From: Eledone cirrhosa
Lineage: Eukaryota
Direction: 5' to 3'
NCBI GenBank assembly: GCA_964016885.1
Contig: OZ024746.1
Location: forward strand, 78,058,001 to 78,122,000
Length of the DNA: 64,000 nt
Under the pieces are notes generated by a model. It saw nothing but the letters and a program-made list of their open reading frames with translations. It ran no database searches and was not told where the DNA came from. A program made the translations under genes and the position numbers. Below are positions 52,301 through 64,000 of the stretch, in pieces (the stretch's first letter is position 1; every line of letters begins with the position of its first letter).

Positions 52301-52504
52301 AGACTCTCCTCTCCATCTAGTCTCTTGCACACAGCATACATCAACTTCCTTTCGCTCTAGCATTTCTACGATTTCTCCTGCTCTTCCTTTCATTGAGCCT
52401 ACATTGATGGTACCAACTCGGAGTTTTGGGCATTTGTCGACACTCGTAGGGGAGGGTCTCTGGGTTGGCGCTTCACGTGGGTGCTTGGTAGCTCGCAGAT
52501 TCAT
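49385..52504 (-). CDS. RTE ORF, 1039 aa: APE endonuclease, reverse transcriptase, PHD-like finger
   Basis: ATG start; APE motifs TINV, VQETRW, SAYAP, GDFNGH, QLDF, SQH; RT motifs NYRGIKL, FVDLEKAFD, HQGSVLSP, YADD, FCYLG; no stops or frameshifts. Confidence 0.95.
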   Translation of the reverse strand: MNLRATKHPREAPTQRPSPTSVDKCPKLRVGTINVGSMKGRAGEIVEMLERKEVDVCCVQETRWRGESARVLVGKSQCYKFFWVGNDDGMGGVGILLADKWVDKVISVYRVNARIIKLRLVLNKTITTIISAYAPQSGLPDELKDRFYESLIHTTALTDDKDFLIIAGDFNGHVGKHCDGFNRVHGGHGVGTRNEEGFRLLEFCDANDMSICNTNFKKPDNHLITYRSGEHSSQLDFILIRGRDRWTVVNTKAFPSEECTSQHSLVVSDLTVRTRRALKQRPTWRRKIWKLKVPSTSNRFKDILLNAYDSKEEQIETFNVEENWEFLKNNLLEATDEVCGWSKTSSRRRVTWWWNNKVDEAVKAKRQAWKEWKNGGSRVHYIETKREARQQVYLARREAEDRKFKHVLQREDQKQEVFKIARQCVRDSCDVIGEKCIRNDKGELALTSAEKKDAWKSHYDRLLNEENAWEEETLPHVDPIEGPAVQVSGSVVSKAIRDMKIGKATGPSGIAAEMLKASGSVGHTITTRIVNQVILEGAIPKDWCSSIIVNCYKGKGDALDRGNYRGIKLMDQVMKVTERVIAQLIRDRVNIDEMQFGFVPGKGTTDALFLVRQLQEKYLAKSKPLYLAFVDLEKAFDRVPRAVIWWALRKLGVDEWLVKAVQAMYRGAVSKVRIGNEYSEEFSVQVGVHQGSVLSPLLFIIVLQAITEEFKTGCPWELLYADDLALIAESMVELENKFQTWKQGLERKGLKVNMTKTKVLVSRRENRTQIPSGKWPCSVCRKGVGRNSILCPKCKQWVHKRCSGISGSLIKNVGFTCSSCAETASKQPQETSTTNLWEGPVETVDSFCYLGDRISNGGGCSESTITRVRTGWKKFRELLPLLAAKGFSLRMKGRLYDACIRTAMLHGSETWALKVEDLRRLERNEACMLRWMCNSNIRERQSIKELRERLSIRGIKCCVQERRLRWYGHVMRMKDDSCIKRCRALEVDGNRGVGRPKMTWDEVIKADLTQLHLSKSMTHDRDFWRHAVIQGTRPPMGTC

Positions 52505-52725
52505 ATTTCATCTATTGATTCAGAGTTGCTCGTGTATTCCCAGCTCATCCATCCATAACGGTGGGAAAATTGAGGGCTAGAAGAACAGTGGTGGTGGGGT
52601 AATGGCAGGGTGTGTTGGGATGCGCCAGAGGAGGAGAGAGTTAGTTAGGCAGGTAGTAGCAGCAGCAGTGGAAATGGCATGCTAGGTTTGATTGGTCGAA
52701 TAGACTATGGTGGTGTGTGGGGGTG

Positions 52726-55143
52726 GGTAGGAACTGAGGGTCGCATGGTAAATATCCAAGTTAATAAGTTAATACTACATCAGTAAAATTAACAATAATA
52801 ACGTCATGAAAAAAACTAAGAGAAACCCTAGAAAATTTATCGCTAATACAGCAGGGAAAATTTAACGCTAATACAGCAGGGAACATCATAATATTAACGA
52901 CAATATGTAGGCTAAAATACCTTCGTAGATTAGATGGATGGCTGGAATAATTGGAGTCAGCTCTAGTGGTACATTTTAGCAGAGAAGAATGGGAAAGTAT
53001 CTTATCTCTTCAATATTTTCAGATTGAATGAATTAGGTTAAAGACAGGGTAGTAAGCCTTAAAGAAGTGCATAGAGAGGGGGGGGGGGTAGGAACTGAGG
53101 GTCGCATGGTAAATAACTGAGAGAGATACAATAGGATTAGAATACCGCATGGTAAATATCCAAGTTAATAAGTTAATACTACATCAGTAAAATTAACAAT
53201 AATAACGTCATGAAAAAAACTAAGAGAAACCCTAGAAAATTTATCGCTAATACAGCAGGGAAAATTTAACGCTAATACAGCAGGGAACATCATAATATTA
53301 ACGACAATATGTAGGCTAAAATACCTTCGTAGATTAGATGGATGGCTGGAATAATTGGAGTCAGCTCTAGTGGTACATTTTAGCAGAGAAGAATGGGAAA
53401 GTATCTTATCTCTTCAATATTTTCAGATTGAATGAATTAGGTTAAAGACAGGGTAGTAAGCCTTAAAGAAGTGCATAGAGAGGGGGGGGGGTAGGAACTG
53501 AGGGTCGCATGGTAAATAACTGAGAGAGATACAATAGGATTAGAATACCGCATGGTAAATATCCAAGTTAATAAGTTAATACTACATCAGTAAAATTAAC
53601 AATAATAACGTCATGAAAAAAACTAAGAGAAACCCTAGAAAATTTATCGCTAATACAGCAGGGAAAATTTAACGCTAATACAGCAGGGAACATCATAATA
53701 TTAACGACAATATGTAGGCTAAAATACCTTCGTAGATTAGATGGATGGCTGGAATAATTGGAGTCAGCTCTAGTGGTACATTTTAGCAGAGAAGAATGGG
53801 AAAGTATCTTATCTCTTCAATATTTTCAGATTGAATGAATTAGGTTAAAGACAGGGTAGTAAGCCTTAAAGAAGTGCATAGAGAGGGGGGGGGGGTAGGA
53901 ACTGAGGGTCGCATGGTAAATAACTGAGAGAGATACAATAGGATTAGAATACCGCATGGTAAATATCCAAGTTAATAAGTTAATACTACATCAGTAAAAT
54001 TAACAATAATAACGTCATGAAAAAAACTAAGAGAAACCCTAGAAAATTTATCGCTAATACAGCAGGGAAAATTTAACGCTAATACAGCAGGGAACATCAT
54101 AATATTAACGACAATATGTAGGCTAAAATACCTTCGTAGATTAGATGGATGGCTGGAATAATTGGAGTCAGCTCTAGTGGTACATTTTAGCAGAGAAGAA
54201 TGGGAAAGTATCTTATCTCTTCAATATTTTCAGATTGAATGAATTAGGTTAAAGACAGGGTAGTAAGCCTTAAAGAAGTGCATAGAGAGGGGGGGGGGTA
54301 GGAACTGAGGGTCGCATGGTAAATAACTGAGAGAGATACAATAGGATTAGAATACCGCATGGTAAATATCCAAGTTAATAAGTTAATACTACATCAGTAA
54401 AATTAACAATAATAACGTCATGAAAAAAACTAAGAGAAACCCTAGAAAATTTATTGCTAATACAGCAGGGAAAATTTAACGCTAATACAGCAGGGAACAT
54501 CATAATATTAACGACAATATGTAGGCTAAAATACCTTCGTAGATTAGATGGATGGCTGGAATAATTGGAGTCAGCTCTAGTGGTACATTTTAGCAGAGAA
54601 GAATGGGAAAGTATCTTATCTCTTCAATATTTTCAGATTGAATGAATTAGGTTAAAGACAGGGTAGTAAGCCTTAAAGAAGTGCATAGAGAGGGGGGGGT
54701 AGGAACTGAGGGTCGCATGGTAAATAACTGAGAGAGATACAATAGGATTAGAATACCGCATGGTAAATATCCAAGTTAATAAGTTAATACTACATCAGTA
54801 AAATTAACAATAATAACGTCATGAAAAAAACTAAGAGAAACCCTAGAAAATTTATCGCTAATACAGCAGGGAAAATTTAACGCTAATACAGCAGGGAACA
54901 TCATAATATTAACGACAATATGTAGGCTAAAATACCTTCGCAGATTAGATGGATGGCTGGAATAATTGGAGTCAGCTCTAGTGGTACATTTTAGCAGAGA
55001 AGAATGGGAAAGTATCTTATCTCTTCAATATTTTCAGATTGAATGAATTAGGTTAAAGACAGGGTAGTAAGCCTTAAAGAAGTGCATAGAGAGGGGGGGG
55101 GGGGGTAGGAACTGAGGGTCGCATGGTAACTGAGGGTCGCATG
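52726..55143 (-). repeat. Array of about six ~403-bp monomers at the LINE 5' end
   Basis: ggaactgagg anchors at 52730, 53091, 53494, 53898, 54301, 54702 and 55108 (spacings 361, 403, 404, 403, 401, 406); copies differ mainly in G-run length and a couple of SNPs. Confidence 0.97.
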
Positions 55144-55178
55144 TGTATGTATGTATGTATATATATATGTATGTAGGT

Positions 55179-55222
<44 letters not shown>

Positions 55223-55614
55223 CATTATATCCTATCCATGGTCTTGAGTCCACATTCCATTTATCCTTTCCACTTATTTCCTCTTTGTTATTAAATCCCA
55301 TTATTTTGTTTTATTTCATTTCATTATTTGTTTAATGTCCACTCACATTGGTTGTTTTTTTTTTATTTTCCGCTAGTAAAAAGCCATTGCATTTACTACT
55401 TTCCCTGTAGTAAAATGTTGGTGGCTCTTTACCAAGTTAAGGAACCATTTTTTAAACTTTTATAATATAGTGTCAATTGGAGGAGGTTGAGTTTATATTA
55501 TCTCCCTTTATACTCCCTCTTCTCTGATTTCTATTTTCATGGAGGTTTTTTTAGTGTCCCTGTGTGATATTCTTTATATACATACATTGCTGATAACATG
55601 TTTAAAATGTTTAG

Positions 55615-55645
<31 letters not shown>

Positions 55646-55682
55646 CGTGTGTGTGTGAGGTGTGTGTATATGTATGTGTGTG

Positions 55683-55760
<78 letters not shown>

Positions 55761-55797
55761 TATACATATAAATATATATGTGTATATATATATGTGA

Positions 55798-55841
<44 letters not shown>

Positions 55842-55842
55842 T

Positions 55843-55886
<44 letters not shown>

Positions 55887-55931
55887 TATATTCATATGTA
55901 TATATATACACACACGCACACACATATATAT

Positions 55932-55976
<45 letters not shown>

Positions 55977-56439
55977 TATATTTATATGTATATATATATA
56001 TACATTTATATATATATATGTACATATATATATATACATACACACACATATATATATACACACATATATATATACACACACACACACATATATGTATATA
56101 TATATACACATATATATATATACACAATACACACACACACACACATATATATACACACACATATATATATATATATATATACACATATATTTATATGTAT
56201 ATATATATATATATGCATGTGTATGTGTGTGTGTGTGTAAGTGCAATAGTGTATCTGAATCGTATGTAGTAAATAAGATTCACAGATACACTATTGCACT
56301 TACACACACACACACACACACATACACACACATACACACACAGACACACACACATACCTGCCATTAACGAGCTTTCCAATAACATTCAGGAACTGTTACA
56401 ATTTGGTAATAAATAAAACAGACTCGGTTTTACGTTCAG

Positions 56440-56476
<37 letters not shown>

Positions 56477-56482
56477 TCTCTC

Positions 56483-56515
<33 letters not shown>

Positions 56516-56803
56516 GATACACTTTCGCTTTCCACTCTCCTCTCCCCACTCTCTCTCACTTTCTTTTTTCTCTATCTATGTGTTTAAGTGTGTGTTTGTC
56601 TCTCTCTCTCTCTCTCCCTCTCTCCCTCTCTCTCCCCCTCTCTCCCTCTCTCTCTCTCTCTCTCTCCCTCTCTAGCTCCCTCTCTCTCTCTTGCTCCCTC
56701 TCTCTCTCTCTTGCTCTCTCTCTCTCTCTTGCTCCCTCTCTCTCTCTCTTGCTCTCTCTCTCTCTCGTTCTCTCTCTCTCTCTCGTTCTCTCTCTCTCCC
56801 TTG

Positions 56804-56835
<32 letters not shown>

Positions 56836-57089
56836 TCTCTCTCTTCTCCCCCCTCACTCTATAGCTCCCCTCCTCTCTAGCTCCCCGCTCTCTAGCTCCC
56901 TCTCTTCCCCCATTCATATTTTTTACAACTAAAATCTTTATTCATTGGTTGGTTCAGTGAAAACCTGTTCTCACACCTTACACGCACTCACTCACCATAA
57001 ACTTCTCTCTTTAAGGTTCTTTCAAATCTTCCTCGTATGATTCCTTCTTAAGTACAAATTGCATTGCCAGAATCTTTAGTGCATTCAAT

Positions 57090-57530
57090 AATATGCTTTG
57101 CAGAATTTTCTCTGGCTTTTAATGGTCTGAGTTCAAATGTTGCCATGGTCAGCTTTGCTTTTCGTCCATCTAGAGTCAATAAAATATAGTACCAGTCAAG
57201 TACTAGGGTTGATTTAATCAACTTTCTCCTCTCCTCAAAATTGCTGGCATATGTTATAAACCATTATTATACGTCCCTTTGCGGTCTGAGTTCAAATCCT
57301 ACCGAGGTTAACTTTGCCTTTCATCCTTACGGGGTCGATAAAATAAAGTACCAGTAATGCACTGGGTAATTGCTGGCCTTGTGCCAAACGTAGAAACAAT
57401 TATTACCATCATTGGAATGTTGGTGGAAATGTTTTGTATCATTTAGCTACAACTTTGTATGTCCTGAGTTCAAATCTCGCCTAGGTCAACTTTGCCCTGC
57501 ATCCTTCGATGTACTGGGGTTGATATAATC
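57090..57530 (+). mobile_element. Three stacked (ATT)n-family SINE copies
   Basis: gagttcaaat...ctttgc...catcc block at about 57130, 57290 and 57466. Confidence 0.72.
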
Positions 57531-57534
57531 AACC

Positions 57535-57657
57535 CCGAACAGATCTAACTGTTGAAATGGCCGGAGCTCAGCCGTCAGGGTCCTGAGTCTTTTCATATCA
57601 CCCACTCTGCTACCCCAAGTATCGAGTACTCTGGTTTTTTACCACACCCTATCTGTT
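57535..57657 (+). mobile_element. Fragment of the family forming the 58877 and 59207 palindromes
   Basis: gaaatggccggagctcagccgtcagggtcc...cccactctgctaccccaagtatcgagtactctgg, homologous to the reverse complement of 59128-59250; ends at (TA)n. Confidence 0.65.
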
Positions 57658-57861
57658 ATATATATATATATATATATATATATTTGACATTAATCAATGA
57701 TGATGATGATGATAACAAATAGGAAATACTTCATCTACCATGTTTGCATGGGTTTGCTAAAAGTACACACCAACATTCGGTAGATACACACATAACATAA
57801 AAACTGAAGAACATTTGGAGCAGCTGAAAGTAGTTTGAGTAAAATAAATAAAAATCTTACT

Positions 57862-57917
<56 letters not shown>

Positions 57918-57938
57918 AGATTTTTATTTATTTTACTC

Positions 57939-57985
<47 letters not shown>

Positions 57986-58079
57986 TTTGTGTTTGTCTGA
58001 CGGAATACATGTACTTTTTCTCAGAAGATTCCTCCCATTTCTTCTCATTCTTCTATTACATCTTGTATTTTTCATTCTA

Positions 58080-58112
58080 TCTTCTGATGAAGGACTGTCC
58101 AATATGTTAAGA
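58080..58112 (+). ncRNA. Decayed minimal hammerhead motif (same family as 36915-36950)
   Basis: tcttctgatgaaggactgtccaatatgttaagac; GAAAC lost; downstream flank homologous; island between (TA)n tracts. Confidence 0.45.
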
Positions 58113-58189
58113 CGCTTTTCTACTGTGTTAAACTAATATATAAACTTCATTGCACTATGTTGTTTGCTTTGTTGTAACCATCTACTTTT

Positions 58190-58228
<39 letters not shown>

Positions 58229-58649
58229 CAAGGCTCTGATACCATCAACACTATAAACACAGAGCTGGCATATCTAAGAACTGACTAACTGCCTGATGAG
58301 GTCATAGCCATTCAATGGCTATCATCGAATGCAATTGACTTATGTTTCGTCACTATATATATATATGTATATATGTCTGTGTGTGTGTATATATATTTGT
58401 GTGTGTGTCTATATGTACACACACACACACACACACACACACATGTCATTTAACATAATATAATCCAGCTAGAGGTTATGAGTACTCTGTATCGAGGATA
58501 GTTTTAACAAGAAGTTTCCTTAGTCAGGTGACCGGTTTAAGAAAGTTCCTAGGCAGTTCTTGGAGTAATGATAGTAAAAGAATGAAGAATAACAAGTCGG
58601 CTGTACAATAGGGTTTATTTAAAGTATATACTTTATTCTTCATTCTTTT

Positions 58650-58876
58650 ACCATCATCATCATCTAACGTCCATTTTTCCATGCTAGAATGGGTTAGATG
58701 AGTTGTCCTGTTGTGAGAAATGCCAGGTCGGGTGACCATGTCTTGCACATACTGAACTGATTTTGGCTGAATAGTTTTCCTAACAGCTGGAATCCCTTCT
58801 TAAAGCCAACTGCATTTACAGTGAATACTGGGTGCATTTTGTCGAGACACCTGCACAACCACTTTACAATGTGGGC
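58650..58876 (-). mobile_element. Diverged RTE family B 3' fragment
   Basis: (CAT)n, ccatgctagaatgggttagatg and ctggaatcccttct blocks. Confidence 0.7.
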
Positions 58877-58999
58877 TAGGAAAAGAGTGAGGACCCCGAC
58901 AGTAGAGCTCCAGCCATTTCGACAGCTAGATCCGAACAGATCGGATCTAGCTGTCGAAATAGCCGGAACTCTGCCATCGGAGTCCTCACTCTTTTCCTA
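58877..58999. mobile_element. ~120-bp palindromic element built from a hammerhead 3' half
   Basis: taggaaaagagtgaggac...gtcctcactcttttccta; centre gacagctagatccg/cggatctagctgtc followed by GAAA. Confidence 0.65.
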
Positions 59000-59016
59000 T
59001 ATACACGTATATATAT

Positions 59017-59103
59017 CAGGTGTCTCAAAAAAATGTATACACACACTTTGATTAGAACGCTGTTGAAGTGTGTATAGATTTCATTTACTTTTGGGACATC
59101 CTG
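59017..59103. mobile_element. Tiny Tc1/mariner-type MITE
   Basis: TIR caggtgtctcaaaa / ttttgggacatcctg in a TA context. Confidence 0.65.
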
Positions 59104-59127
59104 TATATATATATATATATATATATA

Positions 59128-59322
59128 TAACGAAGGAGGTGTGGTAAGGAACCAGATGGACCATAACGCACCAGAGTACTCAATACTTAGGGTAGTAGAG
59201 TGGGTAATAGGAAAATATTTAACCCCGACGGTAGAGCTCAAGCCGTTTCGACGGCTATTTAGGTCCAGAAATAGCCGTCGAAATGGCTTGAGCTCTGCCG
59301 TCGGGGTTAAACATTTTCCTAT
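59128..59322 (-). mobile_element. Palindromic element (59207-59322) plus unique tail, same family as 58877
   Basis: Arms ataggaaaat.tttaaccccgacgg.agagctcaagcc.tttcgacggctattt; (TA)n on both sides. Confidence 0.7.
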
Positions 59323-59829
59323 ATATATATATATATATGTATATAAATAAATATATATATATAGAGAGAGAGTGTGTGAGAGTGAGAGAGGGAAAGAAAG
59401 AGAGAGAGGAGTGTAAGAGCTAGTATTGAAATTGCAATAATTCTGAACCAACAGTTAGATATAATAATAATTGCTTACATGTAATAAGGTTGTTCAAATC
59501 TAAAGAATCCTTAGAACTTATCCAACATTTGTAATCTTGTCATTTTCTTCACATAAGAGCTTACATAGCATTTGAAGTATTGTCAACAATGGTTAACAGT
59601 AGGCCTTGTGAGGGTTAAACACCTCATCTGTCTAGTTTAAATTCCCCTTTCTTGCCATTGCTAAAACTTCCTGCCACAGCAGTGACACTAATTGTGCATG
59701 GGGAGCAAATACATACATATGCACACATACACACACACATACACATATATGTATAGTGTATATGTGTGTATATAATATATACATACACATCTATCTATCT
59801 ATCTATATATGAATATATGTATATTATCA

Positions 59830-60975
59830 TTATCATCATAATCACTGTTTAACAACCATTTTTCCATGCTAGCATGGGTCAGATGAGTTGTCCCATTGTG
59901 AGACAGGCCAGAACTGATGACCATGCCTTGCTCATACAGAACTGATTTTGGCTTGTTTTCTAGGGCTTGATGCCCTTCCTAAAGCCAAACACATTTACAG
60001 TGTGTACTGGGTGCTTTTTGTCATGATACCTACACGATCACTTTACAGTGTGTACTGGGTGCTTCTTTTCGTGACACCTACACAACGACGTTACAGTCTG
60101 GGCTGGGTGCTTCTTTTCATGACACCTACACAACCACGTTACAGTCTGGGCTGGGTGCTTTTTGTTGTGACACCTACACAACCACATTACAGTCTGGGCT
60201 GGGTGCTTTTTGTCATGGCACCTACACAACCACTTTACAGTCTGGGTTGGGTGCTTTTTGTCGTGACACCTACACAACCACGTTACAGTCTGGGCTGGGT
60301 GATTTTTGTTGTGACACCTACACAACCACTTTACAGTGGTGAGGGATAGGTACAGGAATTGTGGAGGTGGGCACTTTACAGTGTGGGCTGATGACTTTGG
60401 TAGGGAGTTTGGGGAGGTTGATATAGGGGCATGTGTGAGGGGCAGAGTTTTAGGTTGTGGGAGGTGTACAGATGTTGGGGTAGAAGTGAAGGTGGTGCAT
60501 ACTAGATGTATGCTTCAGCTTGTGCTTTTGGGAAAGGCGGGCCTTCTATAGTACTGCATAACACCAGAGATCTTGATCCAGTGTCATCACTTTTGAGGGT
60601 TGCAATTGTGCAAGGTCAGCTTTTATCACCTCATCCCAAGTTTATCTAGGTCTTCCTACTCCATAGATTCCACCAACTTTGAATGCCCTGCACCATTTTA
60701 TACAGCTGTCATCCTTCATATGCATCACATGTCCATACCAATACAATTGTCTCTCCTCCACACTGTGTCTGATCCCTCCTACCCACTTTCTCTCTCAGTT
60801 CATTTAAGCTTTGTTGTTCATATATATTTCTATTACACATCCATTGAAACATGCCAGCTTCATTTCTTTCCAATGTTTGCATTTCTTCTGCAGACAGCAC
60901 CCAGGTTTCACTACCATGTAACATTTCTGTTTGTATACACAAATCATACCGTCTGCCTTTTATTGTGAGGAAAAA
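59830..60975 (-). mobile_element. Old RTE 3' fragment with about seven 48-bp UTR repeats
   Basis: Decayed ORF end (MLHGSETW...LERNEA), 3'UTR repeats 59990-60340, (CAT)n-like tail. Confidence 0.85.
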
Positions 60976-60987
60976 TACTTCATATAT

Positions 60988-61033
<46 letters not shown>

Positions 61034-61189
61034 ATAGACAATATCTTATTTAGAAATGGCCTGCGAAGTAGGTATTATTGATGGTGTGTAACAACAATAA
61101 TACCTACTTCCTAGGGCATCTCTGAATCAAATATTTTCTCTGTTTGTGTTTGCTGTAATTCCTTTATTGATTAACTAATTATGCAATAC

Positions 61190-61247
61190 ACACCTGATGA
61201 TGTCGCTAGAATCTTACATAACCATGCCATTGAAATATATATAGTGT
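61190..61247 (+). ncRNA. Minimal type-I hammerhead motif
   Basis: ACAC CUGAUGA [weak stem II] GAAA UAUAUA UA GUGU: stem I ACAC/GUGU and palindromic minimal stem III. Confidence 0.55.
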
Positions 61248-61529
61248 TTTTCAACAATAAAAACTTTTACTCTATATTTACTATTGTATTTTTGCAGTAA
61301 AGGCTTTACCTCATATAATTATCTCACAGATTATCAAAGATATGAGGTTTTGATATTATTCATTTTGAGAACAATACCTTAACATCAGTATGAGCGGCCA
61401 GTTTGAACAGAAAGAGGTGAGAGAATTCTGGCCGGATATGGCCGGTTTAAATGTTAAAGTGTCAAGGAACTTCACCAATGTAGCGTCCAGTTAATTTAAT
61501 CAAACTAATATATATATATATTTGAAATG

Positions 61530-61725
61530 GGAGTAGGTAACACGGTAAAAATCTCCCAGTCCAACACTGTAAATGTGGTTGGTGTTGGGAAGGGCATCCA
61601 GCCGTAGAAAACCCGCCAGACAGTCCTATGCGAGCAAGACAACCACTCTTGCCTCAAGTGGGAAAACTCCCGTCCAAACCCATGCAAGCGTGGAACATGG
61701 ACGTTAAATGACGATGATGATGATA
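61530..61725 (+). mobile_element. RTE family C 3'UTR fragment, tail-to-tail with a second short fragment (61725-61772, minus)
   Basis: ggttggtgttgggaagggcatcc...ggacgttaaatgacgatgatgat joined to atcatcatc...gtttaacgtcc. Confidence 0.82.
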
Positions 61726-61774
61726 TCATCATCATCATCGTTTAACGTCCATCTTCCACACTAGTATGGGTAGG

Positions 61775-61805
<31 letters not shown>

Positions 61806-62188
61806 CAGGATCTATTGGTATATCCCCATCTCTCCACTGTTAAATACCATCAGTAATGCTGCAGTAACTTCTGATTTTTTTTTTTTTTTTTTTTTTTTCT
61901 TCATCTGTGAAACATCAGAGGAACCATTTTATTAGTTTGGAGTTATTTTAATGTGGAGCCACAAATGTCTTTAAGAATAGCATCACATCCTCACAGTGAA
62001 ACCATCCAACTCTCCCTATCTCCTACACTCCCCCACCCCCTCCTTCTTGCCGATCTTTCACTTGTCTTTTGGGGTTTTTTCTCTCCCATATTTTATCTCT
62101 ATCCTCCTTTCCTTTCTCTCCCTGTTTTCCTTTTCCGCTTCCTCTCCCTACCCCACCTCTCTCTCTCCCCCCTCTCTCTCTCCTCCTT

Positions 62189-62219
<31 letters not shown>

Positions 62220-62297
62220 CCCCTCTCTCTAGCCTCTCCTCAACGCCCAAATTTCTCTTCAATAGACAGTCTCTTCTAATCATCTACCTAGCTACTT

Positions 62298-63782
<1,485 letters not shown>

Positions 63783-63850
63783 GCATGTGTGGGTGTGTGT
63801 GTGTGCGTGCGTATTTACATACATTCATACTGACATACATATTGTCCCAT

Positions 63851-63900
<50 letters not shown>

Positions 63901-64000
63901 TCATCATCATTATTTTTTACTGCTGCTGTTCTTATTGTTGTATTAGTTATTATCGTTCTCCATAGTTTATTGCATAGGAACTATAAAAATATGCTCAGTC

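Larger units (their letters stand above)
49081..55143 (-). mobile_element. Apparently full-length RTE LINE (family B) with a tandem 5' monomer array
   Basis: Intact ORF, ~300-bp 3'UTR, (GAT)n tail, ~225-bp leader and ~2.4-kb monomer array; microsatellite flanks on both sides. Confidence 0.9.

Noticed and set aside
52505-55143. HDV-like or hammerhead ribozyme in the RTE 5' region
   Set aside because: Some RTE elements have 5' HDV-like ribozymes, but I could not identify the nested pseudoknot or a hammerhead core by eye

Overview
Repeat-saturated, AT-rich eukaryotic (animal) DNA with no recognisable host protein-coding exon. The (TA)n/(CA)n/(CAT)n/(AAT)n microsatellite load, RTE LINEs and tRNA-derived SINEs suggest an octopod cephalopod intron or intergenic region (inference). 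Main contents: (1) one apparently full-length RTE-clade LINE (49081-55143, minus strand) with an intact 1039-aa APE+RT ORF and a 5' array of about six near-identical ~403-bp monomers; (2) a 5'-truncated RTE of a second family with an uninterrupted ORF (15795-18738, plus strand), plus many RTE 3' fragments; (3) CORE-type SINEs that borrow the RTE 3' tail, and a second SINE family with (ATT)n tails; (4) Helitron, piggyBac-, hAT- and Tc1/mariner-type non-autonomous elements and a CR1-like relic; (5) a 46-bp satellite with two palindromes per unit. The signal not explained by the ORF track is a dispersed set of short non-coding elements, mostly beside (TA)n tracts, carrying type-I hammerhead ribozyme folds (CUGANGA...GAAA...UH with pairing stems). 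Several are arranged as fold-back palindromes centred on the ribozyme, resembling Penelope-like pLTR or retrozyme remnants. The RTE ORFs also carry a C4HC3 PHD-like finger inserted inside the RT domain. Almost all other ORFs in the track are microsatellite translations or antisense shadows. All motif and fold assignments were made by eye.
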